A stretch of 64,000 bases of DNA from an uncultured Pseudomonadota bacterium (GCA_963749075.1 CAVVLJ010000017.1:576001-640000); one strand, 5' to 3'; positions 48,064 to 56,599 are shown, counted from the first letter of the stretch. The notes: a model not told the origin generated them from the letters alone. Program-made: numbers and translations.

Positions 48064-48852
48064 ATGAGTGATGTGCGACTGCACCGGCTTTATCATCATT
48101 TTTCGGAGCTGCCATATAGCCAGCGCGTCGTGTACACGGCGACGCTCCTCATATTCGGGCTGGGCTACCTCTTCGCCTTGACCTACGTCTATCACACCTA
48201 CGCCGGGCGGGCCGGAGGGAACCCCAAGATACTGTCGTACGAGGACCTCGTCGTCGCCTACAGCGGCAGCGGAAAGGGCTCGCGACTCGAGACGGCCCTG
48301 CGCGGACCGATGTCGACCATGCTGCCGCGCGACGAGCTCGACTCCATCATCGCCTGGGTGCGCCAAGGTGCCACGAGGGCAAAATACGAGACAGACATCA
48401 AGCCGGTGCTCGACAAGCGGTGCATGGCCTGCCACGACGGCAGCAATCCGCACCTTCCGAACCTGAACGGATACGAGAACCTGACGAAAATGACCGAGCA
48501 GGACACCGGCGCCAACGTCTTCACGCTGGTGCGCGTGTCGCATATCCACCTGTTCGGCGTCACCTTCATCTTCTACATCATGGGCATGATCTACAGCCAC
48601 GCCTACGTGCGGCCCGTGTGGTTCAAGTGCGCCGTCGCCGCAATGCCGTTCCTCTGCGTCTCGATGGATGTCAGCTCTTGGTATTTCACCAAGCTCTATC
48701 ATCCGTTCGCCCTGCTCGTGATGCTCGCCGGTGCCCTGATGGGCGCCTCCTTCGCGCTCATGTGGGTCACGTCGATGTATCAGCTGTGGTTCTCCAAGAC
48801 GCCTTCGCCGGTCGCCCTGAGGGAGAGCGGCGATATTCCCAACGTTGACTGA
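48064..48852 (+). CDS. Uncharacterised integral membrane monoheme c protein
   Basis: N-terminal TM, soluble loop with RCMACHDG, then VRVSHIHLFG and three further TM helices. Confidence 0.8.
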   Translation: MSDVRLHRLYHHFSELPYSQRVVYTATLLIFGLGYLFALTYVYHTYAGRAGGNPKILSYEDLVVAYSGSGKGSRLETALRGPMSTMLPRDELDSIIAWVRQGATRAKYETDIKPVLDKRCMACHDGSNPHLPNLNGYENLTKMTEQDTGANVFTLVRVSHIHLFGVTFIFYIMGMIYSHAYVRPVWFKCAVAAMPFLCVSMDVSSWYFTKLYHPFALLVMLAGALMGASFALMWVTSMYQLWFSKTPSPVALRESGDIPNVD

Positions 48853-49021
48853 GTGCAACCGGGGAAATCCTCGGATCGCTACGTCCGAGGAAGCGTCGCC
48901 CTAGCGATAGGGCGTTCCGGCGCGCCGCACTCCGGCCGCAAATCCGATACGGCCCCCGCGCCGCTTACCCGGAGCGATGCCGGGCTTGCCCGCTTGAGCA
49001 GCCGCACCCGCGCCGGGGCCG

Positions 49022-49405
49022 CTACTTCGCCTTCTCCTTGAGAAAGGCGATGACGTCCTGGATGTCTTGATCGCTCTTGAGAGCGCCGGCCAACATCTTG
49101 GTGCCGGGAACGTCGGCCTTCGGGTCCTTGAGGAACTTCGCCAGGCTCGCCTCGTCCCAGGTGATGCCGGACTTCATCATGGCATCCGAGTATTTGAAGC
49201 CTCCGCCCGTGCCCGCCTTGCGTCCCATGACGCCGTTGAGGCTCGGGCCCATCCCGTTCTTGCCTTGATCAAGGCTGTGGCAAGCCTTGCATTGGCCGGT
49301 GAAGACCTTCTCGCCGTTCGCCACATCGCCGGCCGCAAGCGCCTCGCCGGCCGCTACGGAAAACGCCAGCGCGGTCGTGAGCGCAACGAGGTTAAGCTTG
49401 AGCAT
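49022..49405 (-). CDS. Cytochrome c2-like monoheme protein (copy 2)
   Basis: Signal peptide, GDVANGEKVF..QCKACH, GPSLNGV.GRKAG, YSDAM, VPGTKM. Confidence 0.92.
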   Translation of the reverse strand: MLKLNLVALTTALAFSVAAGEALAAGDVANGEKVFTGQCKACHSLDQGKNGMGPSLNGVMGRKAGTGGGFKYSDAMMKSGITWDEASLAKFLKDPKADVPGTKMLAGALKSDQDIQDVIAFLKEKAK

Positions 49406-49488
49406 TTCTCTCACCCTTTCAAGATCGCGGCGCTCCCGGTCGCCATCGGTCGCGCGGCAATTGAGCACCCGCAGCTGCGTTGGGGAAG

Positions 49489-49873
49489 CTACTTCGCTTT
49501 TTCCTTGAGGAAGGCGATGACGTTCCTGAATGTCCTGATCGCTCGAGAGCGAGCCGGCCAGCATCTTGTTGCCGGGAACTGCGGCCTTCGGGTCCTTGAG
49601 GAACTTCGCCAAGTTCGCCTCGTCCCAGCTGATGCCGGATTTCATCATCGCATCCGAGTACTTGAAGCCCGCGACCGAGCCCGCCTTGCTTCCGACGATG
49701 CCGTTAAGGCTCGAGCCCATCCCGTTCTTACCCTGATCGAGGCTGTGGCAAGCCTTGCAATGGCCGGCGTAGACCTTCTCGCCGTTCGCCACATCGCCGG
49801 CGGCGAACGCTTGGCCGATGGCGAGGGAAAGCGCAAGCGCGGCCGTGAGTGCTACGAGGTTCGACTTCAGCAT
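49489..49873 (-). CDS. Cytochrome c2-like monoheme protein (copy 1); +1 frameshift near 49523
   Basis: Near-identical to copy 2 (HCKACH, VPGNKM). It is 385 nt versus 384 nt, with GACGTTC where copy 2 has GACGTC. Confidence 0.88.
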
Positions 49874-49971
49874 TGTTCGTCCCCCTTTGAGATCGAGTTG
49901 CCTTCGGTTTCCATCGGCCGGGCGACAGTCCCGGCCGATGTTGCGGCGGCGATCAAGGCGCCAGGCAGGCA

Positions 49972-50386
49972 TCAATTGTCCTTGGCGCCCTGAAATATCC
50001 AAGTCCAGATGGCATTGCGATCGCAGCTCGACAGCTGCTTCTTGCCGTGCGGCATGCGGAGTTCGGGCGAGGCGCGCCAGTTGAGCAGCCACATCAGATT
50101 GCTGGCATCCGGATCGTGGGGCACGACCATTGGCCCGAACTTGGTGCCCTTCAACAGTCCCGCGTAAGTCGTCAAGTCCAGCCCGCTCTTGTCGTATCCC
50201 TCGCCGCCCGGTTGGTGGCAGGAGATGCAGCGTCCCTTGAAGATCGGGAAGATATCCTCGGAGAAGCTGACCGTATCTTGCGCCGCGCACGCCTCGCGTG
50301 ACCGCATCGTCAGATTCTGCGGCCGCCGCGGCTAGAGCGAGAGCGGCGGCGAAGATCGCGGCGTGGTATTTTCTCATGACCGTCAT
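49972..50386 (-). CDS. Small monoheme cytochrome c (planctomycete cytochrome C-like domain); +1 frameshift near 50315
   Basis: Signal peptide in one frame. VSFSEDIFPIF..RCISCH...GLDL.TY.GL.KG...VVP.DP..S.L...RMP...WI.QGA in the next. Confidence 0.8.
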
Positions 50387-50529
50387 CTTTCATCAGCCCC
50401 GGCGCCTCAACGATCCATCGCCGCCGAATGCTCCCCGTGCGGCTCGCGGCGCATTCCCCGAATGGCGACTACGCCTTTGTAATTGAAGCGCTTATCGGCA
50501 ATCGGCAGTTTCCATGGGTCGGCGCGGTC

Positions 50530-50567
50530 TTTGTAGTGCCAGGGCCGTAGAATCGGGTCATACCAGA
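50530..50567 (-). promoter_or_regulatory. Candidate MocR-type operator, copy 2
   Basis: TTTGTAGTGCCAGG-N16-ATACCAGA upstream of the three-cytochrome operon. Confidence 0.6.
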
Positions 50568-50603
50568 AGACTTTCTCGTTGCCGCGCCGCGAGCGGCGCG
50601 ATC

Positions 50604-52094
50604 CTATGCCGCTCTCAGCGGCTTCCTGTTGCCCGTCCCCTCCGTCCGTGGTGCTATGGCCTCCGCCAGATCGGCGACTCCTTTGCGGATGTCCGCCTCC
50701 GACAACGCCCCATATCCCAAGAACAACGTGTGATTGGCATTTTCGCACCACGCGCGCTCCTCCGCGACGAGATCCGGCAAGGTGCAGACGCCGACCTCGC
50801 TCGCGCGCGCCAATCGCCGCACCTCGGGTGCCGGCGGGAAGCCGGGCGGCAGGAACCACGCCACGTGCGCCCCGGCCTCGGTACCGGCGAGCCGGACCTC
50901 GCCGAAATGTTGGCGCAGCGCAGCCCATAGGCCATCGCGCCGAGCCAGATGGATCTTGCGGACGCGGCGCAGGTGGCGGGCAAAGCCGCCGCTCTCGATG
51001 AATTTGGCCAGGCTGACTTGCTCGAGCCACGCCGGGCCATTCCCGACGAGCGCCTTGAGCGAAAGCATCGGCGCCACCAGCTCGGGCGGCACGACCATGT
51101 AGGCCAGGCGAAGCCCGGGGCCGAGCGTGCTCGTAAAATCGCCGACGAAGACTACCGTCCCAGCGACATCGAGGGCTTGCAGCGGGGCCGGCGGCACGCC
51201 GCGGTACCAAACGCCGCTGCCGCATTCGTCCTCCAGGATATGAGAACCGGCCTGCCGGGCCCATGCGATGAGGCGCTTGCGCCGTGCCGGCGGCAACGTG
51301 CCCCCCACCGGATATTGGTGCATGGGCGCGACATAGGTGAGCGTCACCGGACCGTGCGGCAGGCGATCCACGTCCAAGCCATGCTCGTCCACCGGCACCG
51401 GCACCAGCTCGGCGCCCTGGCTCGCCAGCGCTCTCGCCACCTCGTCCGGGCAGGTACATTCGACGACGACGCGGCTGCCGCGCGGGGCGAGATGGCGGGC
51501 CAGGATGTAATAGGCTTGATGGCGATTCGAGACGATCACGATTTGCTCCGGCGGCACGGCTATGCCGTGGCTCACGATCAGCCAGTCGGCGATGGCCCGG
51601 CGCAGGCATTCGAGGCCGGGCGGCGGATCGAATGCGACCCGCGCGCGGTAGTGCTCGATGGAGGGCAAAATGAGCTTCCGCCAGACCTTGAGCGGAAAGA
51701 GCTGGCCATCGAAGTGACGCGGGTCGAAGTCGATGGCGGGCGGAGCCGGTACCACCATTTGCGCTGCGCCGCCGCCTCGCTCGCTCCGCGATGCCGTCTC
51801 GCGTCTTGCCTTGTCCGCGCCGGCGCCCGGGCGCCTCGCGATCGCGTCGGCCGGCGGCTCGCTGCTGACGAAGGTGCCGACGCCAGGCCGCGTCTGCAGA
51901 TAGCCTTCGGCGATCAGCTGCTCGTGAGCCAGGAGTGCGGTCGTCCGCGACACGCCGAGCTGCTCGGCCAATTGGCGCGTCGCCATCATCGGCGCCCCGG
52001 GCTTCAGGCGGCGCTCGGCGATGAGCGCCCGCAGCTGCTCGTAAATCTGCACCTGCAGGGGCCTGGTCGAGCTGCGATCGATCTTGAGCACCAT
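50604..52094 (-). CDS. MocR/GabR-family regulator (GntR wHTH + aminotransferase-like domain)
   Basis: PL..QIY..LR..I....L.PG....TR.LA..LGVSR, L.AEGYL...G.GTFV, HQYP.G, PGLRLAY. Confidence 0.92.
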   Translation of the reverse strand: MVLKIDRSSTRPLQVQIYEQLRALIAERRLKPGAPMMATRQLAEQLGVSRTTALLAHEQLIAEGYLQTRPGVGTFVSSEPPADAIARRPGAGADKARRETASRSERGGGAAQMVVPAPPAIDFDPRHFDGQLFPLKVWRKLILPSIEHYRARVAFDPPPGLECLRRAIADWLIVSHGIAVPPEQIVIVSNRHQAYYILARHLAPRGSRVVVECTCPDEVARALASQGAELVPVPVDEHGLDVDRLPHGPVTLTYVAPMHQYPVGGTLPPARRKRLIAWARQAGSHILEDECGSGVWYRGVPPAPLQALDVAGTVVFVGDFTSTLGPGLRLAYMVVPPELVAPMLSLKALVGNGPAWLEQVSLAKFIESGGFARHLRRVRKIHLARRDGLWAALRQHFGEVRLAGTEAGAHVAWFLPPGFPPAPEVRRLARASEVGVCTLPDLVAEERAWCENANHTLFLGYGALSEADIRKGVADLAEAIAPRTEGTGNRKPLRAA

Positions 52095-52170
52095 GGACGG
52101 GGCTCCTGACGACGGTCACTTGGTCTCCGAATGTCGGGATCGTCTTTAGACCCGTCGAGGCAATCGAGCA

Positions 52171-52184
52171 TTGATGTGCATCAA
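52171..52184. promoter_or_regulatory. FNR/FnrL/FixK-type box
   Basis: Perfect TTGAT-GTGC-ATCAA upstream of the MocR-family gene. Confidence 0.8.
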
Positions 52185-52239
52185 CACCGCACAGCAAGCG
52201 GCGCTCGCGCTTCGCATCAAGCAAAGAGCAGAGCGTCAG

Positions 52240-52983
52240 TCAGCGGGTCACGACCAGCCGCTGGTAGAGTCCGCCGAAGAAGGACGTGTTGCGCAAAGCT
52301 TGGCCGGCCCAGGGATGCGGCAGGCAAGCCGCGAGGTCGCCGCGCCACAAGTCGGGCGCGAAGGGCTCGAGCACCGCCAGCACGGGAAGCCAGAGATAGC
52401 GCAACGGGTGCCAACGGCTCGGCCGGGCATAATCGACGACGAGGATGGTGCCGCCGGGCCTGACCACGCGGAACACCTCGCTGAGCGTGCGCCGGCGCAC
52501 CTCGGCGGGCTGCTCGTGCAGCAGAAAGAAGACCATGGCGCGGTCGTAACTGGCGTCGGGCAGACCGAGCTCGGCCGAATCCCTCGCCAGCAAGCGCACC
52601 GGAGCGTCCGCCGGCAGCTTCCGCCTGAGGTTCTCGAGCTGGATCGGCAGAATATCGACGATATCGAGCGCCCCGCCGCCGGCGGCGACCCGTTGGCTGA
52701 GCCGGCTCGTGAGATCGCCATAGACGCAGGCCACCTGCAACGTGCGGCCGGATAGCGAATCGCCCAATTCGGAGAGCGCCGCGTCGCGCAGGCGGCGATA
52801 ATTCCCCCACAGGATCAAATTGACCAGCCATTGGCGCTCGAAGAGGCGAACCGCCTTGGGATGGATATAGGCCCACCAATAATGGGCCTTGAGATAGTGC
52901 GGCACTCCGTCGCCGGCGCCCGTCGCCGGGAGCGTCGCCGAATCAGCAGGAGGAGCGATGCCGGAATGTGGGGTCATGCCCAA
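52240..52983 (-). CDS. rquA: Rhodoquinone biosynthesis protein RquA
   Basis: VP.YL...YWWAYIHP.AV..FERQWLVNLILWGNY..L, the altered SAM motif LQVACVYG, FFLLHEQP, LEPFA. Confidence 0.9.
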   Translation of the reverse strand: MGMTPHSGIAPPADSATLPATGAGDGVPHYLKAHYWWAYIHPKAVRLFERQWLVNLILWGNYRRLRDAALSELGDSLSGRTLQVACVYGDLTSRLSQRVAAGGGALDIVDILPIQLENLRRKLPADAPVRLLARDSAELGLPDASYDRAMVFFLLHEQPAEVRRRTLSEVFRVVRPGGTILVVDYARPSRWHPLRYLWLPVLAVLEPFAPDLWRGDLAACLPHPWAGQALRNTSFFGGLYQRLVVTR

Positions 52984-53175
52984 TTCATCTCCCTCTCAAA
53001 GCGGCCGCTCTGGCAGCGGCGGAAACTGCGATCGGCCGTCATTCCACCCGCCTCGCGCTGCATCTTCTGGACGACCGGGACATCGCCCGGTGCGTTCCTC
53101 GCTCCCTCGGAGGCCCGCTGAGCGGCGGACGAACCCGCCAAACATTAGCTTACGAATTTCAGCGGGCGTTCTGCT

Positions 53176-53288
53176 TTGATTTAGATCAGCCGCAGCTTAC
53201 CGAAGAAGCGCCTCGGACGCCGGGCTGTTTTGAGGCGCGGTTCCTGCTTGGCGGGTCCGTCGGCATCCAATAGAGTGATCTAGATCAA
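53176..53288. promoter_or_regulatory. Two FNR-type boxes in the rquA/hemA divergent region
   Basis: TTGAT-TTAG-ATCAG (53176-53189) and GTGAT-CTAG-ATCAA (53275-53288), one mismatch each. Confidence 0.7.
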
Positions 53289-53421
53289 GCGGCACGGCGT
53301 CCGCGAAGGCTAGCATATCTCTCGTGGTGCGGCGATATGTTGCGTTTTCATGTGCAGCGGGCGGCCCCAAGCGCCGAAGATGCGCGGGTCCGGCTCCTGT
53401 TCCAGGATCGGGCGGGTGAAT

Positions 53422-54636
53422 ATGGACTATGAGCGCAGATTCCGCGACGTCCTCGGCTCGCTGCAGTCCGAAGGGCGTTACCGCGTCTTCGCCGATCTCG
53501 AGCGCCGGGCCGGCGACTTTCCGCACGCCCTGTGCCACGGAGCCGACGGCCGGACCCGCGAAATCGTGGTCTGGTGCAGCAACGACTATCTCGGCATGGG
53601 CCAGCACCCGCTCGTGATCGCCGCCATGAAGGAGGCCCTCGAGACCTGCGGTGCCGGCGCCGGGGGCACGCGCAACATCTCCGGCACCAACCATTACCAC
53701 GTGCTGCTCGAGCGCGAGCTCGCCGAGCTGCACGGCAAGGAGGCGGCCCTTCTCTTCACCTCGGGCTATATCTCCAACGAGGCGACGCTCTCGAGCCTGA
53801 GCCGGCTGCTCCCGGGCTGCATCGTCTTCTCGGACGAGCGCAACCACGCTTCGATGATCGAGGGTATCCGCCACGGCGGCTCCGAGAAGCGCATCTTCCG
53901 GCACAACGATCCCGCCGACCTGGAGCGCCTGCTTGCCGAGGCCGATGCGGCGGCGCCGAAGCTCGTCGCCTTCGAAAGCGTCTATTCGATGGACGGCGAC
54001 ATCGCCCCCATCGCCGAGCTCTGCGCTGCCGCCGAGCGCCACGGCGCCCTCGTCTATCTCGACGAGGTGCATGCGGTCGGGCTCTACGGCGAGCGCGGCG
54101 GCGGCATCTCGGAGCGCCAGCGCGTGGCGCAGCGGATTCCGGTGATCGAGGGCACGCTGGCCAAGGCCTTCGGCGTGATGGGCGGCTACATCGCCGGCTC
54201 GGCAGCACTCGTCGACGCGGTGCGCAGTCACGCCGCGGGCTTCATCTTTACGACCGCCCTGCCGCCGCACGTGGCTGCCGGGGCGCTCGCGAGCGTGCGC
54301 CACCTCAAGGGAAGCGGGCGCGAGCGCGCGCAGCACCAGGAGCGCGCCGCCGCGCTGAAGCGCCGGCTCGCCGAGGCCCGCCTCCCGCTCATGCCGACGG
54401 AGAGCCACATCGTGCCGCTGCTCGTGGGCGACGCGCGGCTCTGCAAATCGGCTTGCGACGAGCTCCTCGAGCGCCACGGCATCTACGTGCAGCCGATCAA
54501 TTACCCGACCGTGCCGCGGGGCACCGAGCGGCTGCGCCTGACGCCAAACCCGCTGCACACGGATGCGCACATGGACGCGCTCGTTGCGGCACTGGCCGAG
54601 GTGTGGAGGCGCTTCGGCTTGCAGCGCGCGGCCTAG
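53422..54636 (+). CDS. hemA: 5-aminolevulinate synthase
   Basis: [53 protein letters not shown]. Confidence 0.96.
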   Translation: MDYERRFRDVLGSLQSEGRYRVFADLERRAGDFPHALCHGADGRTREIVVWCSNDYLGMGQHPLVIAAMKEALETCGAGAGGTRNISGTNHYHVLLERELAELHGKEAALLFTSGYISNEATLSSLSRLLPGCIVFSDERNHASMIEGIRHGGSEKRIFRHNDPADLERLLAEADAAAPKLVAFESVYSMDGDIAPIAELCAAAERHGALVYLDEVHAVGLYGERGGGISERQRVAQRIPVIEGTLAKAFGVMGGYIAGSAALVDAVRSHAAGFIFTTALPPHVAAGALASVRHLKGSGRERAQHQERAAALKRRLAEARLPLMPTESHIVPLLVGDARLCKSACDELLERHGIYVQPINYPTVPRGTERLRLTPNPLHTDAHMDALVAALAEVWRRFGLQRAA

Positions 54637-54640
54637 CTCC

Positions 54641-55070
54641 GTGCTGAGCCAGAGGGTCGAACGCGCGCTGCCACGCTGCGAGCCCGAGCAGCTCTTCGAT
54701 CTCGCCGCCGACGTTCGAGCGCTATCCCGAGTTCCTGCGCTGGTGGATCGCGGCGCGCATCCGCAAGCGCGAGGCCGATGTCTACTACACCGACCAGATC
54801 CTCGGCCTCGGCCCCATCCGCCTAAGGTTCGGCTCCAAGACGGTCCTGCGCCGGCCGCAGCGCATCGAGGTGAGCTCGGACGAGGGACCGTTCCGGCGCT
54901 TCGGCCTCATCTGGACCTTCGAGCCGCAGCCGCGCGCCGGCTGCCGGGTGAGCCTCGCCGCCGAGCTCGAGCTGCGCTCCGCTCTCCTGCAACGCGTCGT
55001 CGACCGCGTCCTGCCGGTTGCCGTAGCCGATATCATCGCTGCCTTCGAAGCGCGCGCCCGCGGACTCTGA
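54641..55070 (+). CDS. Coq10/RatA (START-fold) quinone-binding protein; +1 frameshift near 54714
   Basis: EQLFDLAADV then, in the shifted frame, ERYPEFL.WW...GPFR.F...W.F...AFEARA..L. GTG start 4 nt after the hemA stop. Confidence 0.8.
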
Positions 55071-55128
55071 GTGCGCGCGGAAGCTTGCTCGCCTTGACAT
55101 GTGGATCACATGCATTCATGTTTTTCAC

Positions 55129-55359
55129 ATGTCCGTGATGATCCAAATTAGAAACGTGCCGGATGCCCTGCACCGCCAGCTCAAATCGCGTGCGGCGCTG
55201 GCGGGCATGTCGCTTTCCGATTACCTGCTCGGCGAGATTCGCCGGGTGGCCGAGCGGCCGACGCTCGACGAGCTGCGAGCGCGTTTGGAGCGCCGCTCGG
55301 GGATGACCCCTTCCGTGGCGCCGGCTAAGGCGGTCCGCGCCGAACGCGACCGCCGATGA
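55129..55359 (+). CDS. FitA-like ribbon-helix-helix antitoxin
   Basis: IQIRNVPD.LH..LK.RAA..GMSLSDYL. TTGACA and an ACATGTG...CACATG palindrome upstream; ATGA overlap with the toxin. Confidence 0.85.
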   Translation: MSVMIQIRNVPDALHRQLKSRAALAGMSLSDYLLGEIRRVAERPTLDELRARLERRSGMTPSVAPAKAVRAERDRR

Positions 55360-55748
55360 TCGTCGTCGACGCTTCGGCCCTGCTCGAAGTGCTCCTTCGC
55401 ACGCCAACGGCAAAAGCGGTGGAAAGGCGGCTGTTCGAGGCTCGCCGGACGCTGCACGTGCCACATTTGCTCGACGTGGAGGTGGCACAGGTGATCCGCC
55501 GGTACGCGGCAAACGGCGAGATCGACAGCGAACGCGGCCGCGGGGCTCTCGCCGACCTGGCGGACCTTCCCTTGCACCGGTATCCGCACGACTTCCTTTT
55601 GCCGCGCGTTTGGGAATTGCGGAACATTCTCACGGCCTATGACGCCGTCTACGTCGCCCTTGCCGAAGTGCTCGACGCTCCGCTCCTCACGCGCGACCGA
55701 GCCCTCGCCGCCGCGGCCGGCCATCATGCGCGGGTCGAGCTGGTGTGA
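55356..55748 (+). CDS. vapC: VapC PIN-domain toxin
   Basis: MIVVDASA, P.LLD.EV, TAYDAVYVALAE.L..PLLTRD. Confidence 0.92.
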   Translation: MIVVDASALLEVLLRTPTAKAVERRLFEARRTLHVPHLLDVEVAQVIRRYAANGEIDSERGRGALADLADLPLHRYPHDFLLPRVWELRNILTAYDAVYVALAEVLDAPLLTRDRALAAAAGHHARVELV

Positions 55749-55842
55749 AAGCCTCCCGATCCGCGGAGCGCCGCACTCGGAAGCAGCGCTTCTTCGAACG
55801 GCCGACAGCGCTGGAATGGCCCGGCGGGCCGTGGCGTAGGTT

Positions 55843-55887
55843 TGGCCTGCCACCCGAAGCCCCGGAGGGGCGAAGGGTGGCGGGCCA
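55843..55887. repeat. REP-like hairpin
   Basis: TGGCCTGCCACCC-GAA-GCCCC-GGA-GGGGC-GAA-GGGTGGCGGGCCA. Confidence 0.55.
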
Positions 55888-55985
55888 CGACCGACGATGT
55901 GAGCGCTACGTCTACGCCATCTGAGAGTTTCCGGTTGTGCCTCGTACTAAGGAGTGGTACATAGGTTCATTTGCCGAGCAGCCGA

Positions 55986-56282
55986 ATGATCGTTAGCTTT
56001 CGGGACGAGTGGCTCCGCGCCTTATTCGTAGAGGACACGCGGTCGCGGCACATCCCGTCCGACCTCGAAAGCCGGCTCTTCCGCAAGCTCCAGATGATTG
56101 ACGACGCGACGACCGATCAGGACTTGCGGGTGCCGCCCGGCAATCACTTCGAGAAGCTGCGCGGCAATCTGTCGGGCTTCCACTCGATCCGCGTCAGCAG
56201 CCAATGGCGGCTGGTCTTCCGCTGGGACGGCAGCCAGGGCGAAGCAGAAGACGTCTATCTCGACGATCACAGCTACAGATGA
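55986..56282 (+). CDS. higB: HigB (RelE-like) toxin
   Basis: MI.SFRD, DLRVPPGN.FEKL.G...G.HSIRV..QWRL.F.W. Toxin-first gene order. Confidence 0.9.
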   Translation: MIVSFRDEWLRALFVEDTRSRHIPSDLESRLFRKLQMIDDATTDQDLRVPPGNHFEKLRGNLSGFHSIRVSSQWRLVFRWDGSQGEAEDVYLDDHSYR

Positions 56283-56290
56283 GGCGACCC

Positions 56291-56599
56291 ATGCTGACGA
56301 CGAAGCGCAAGCCGGCCACGGTCGGCGAGATTCTGATCGAGGAGTTCATGCAGCCGATGGGACTGACGCAGGCTGCTCTGGCCGAGGCGATGGGCGTTCA
56401 GCGCAAGCACGTCAACGAGCTGTGCAATAACCGCCGGAACGTGACGGCGGCGACGGCGCTTATCCTCGCCCGCGTCTTCGGCAACAGCCCGGATTTCTGG
56501 CTCAATGTGCAGCGCCGGAGCGATCTGTGGGACGCGATGAACAGTCCGCGCGCGCGCGCGCGGATCGAACGCGCGAAGCCATTGGGTGCGGCAGCGTGA
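56291..56599 (+). CDS. higA: HigA antitoxin (Xre HTH)
   Basis: GEIL.EEF..P.GLTQ..LA..MGV, TAL.LARVFG.SPDFWLN.Q...DLW. Confidence 0.92.
   Translation: MLTTKRKPATVGEILIEEFMQPMGLTQAALAEAMGVQRKHVNELCNNRRNVTAATALILARVFGNSPDFWLNVQRRSDLWDAMNSPRARARIERAKPLGAAA

Noticed and set aside
49022-50386. 454-aa ORF that looks like a diheme fusion protein
   Set aside because: It is a chimera of three separate genes joined by two frameshifts. Each gene has its own start and signal peptide.
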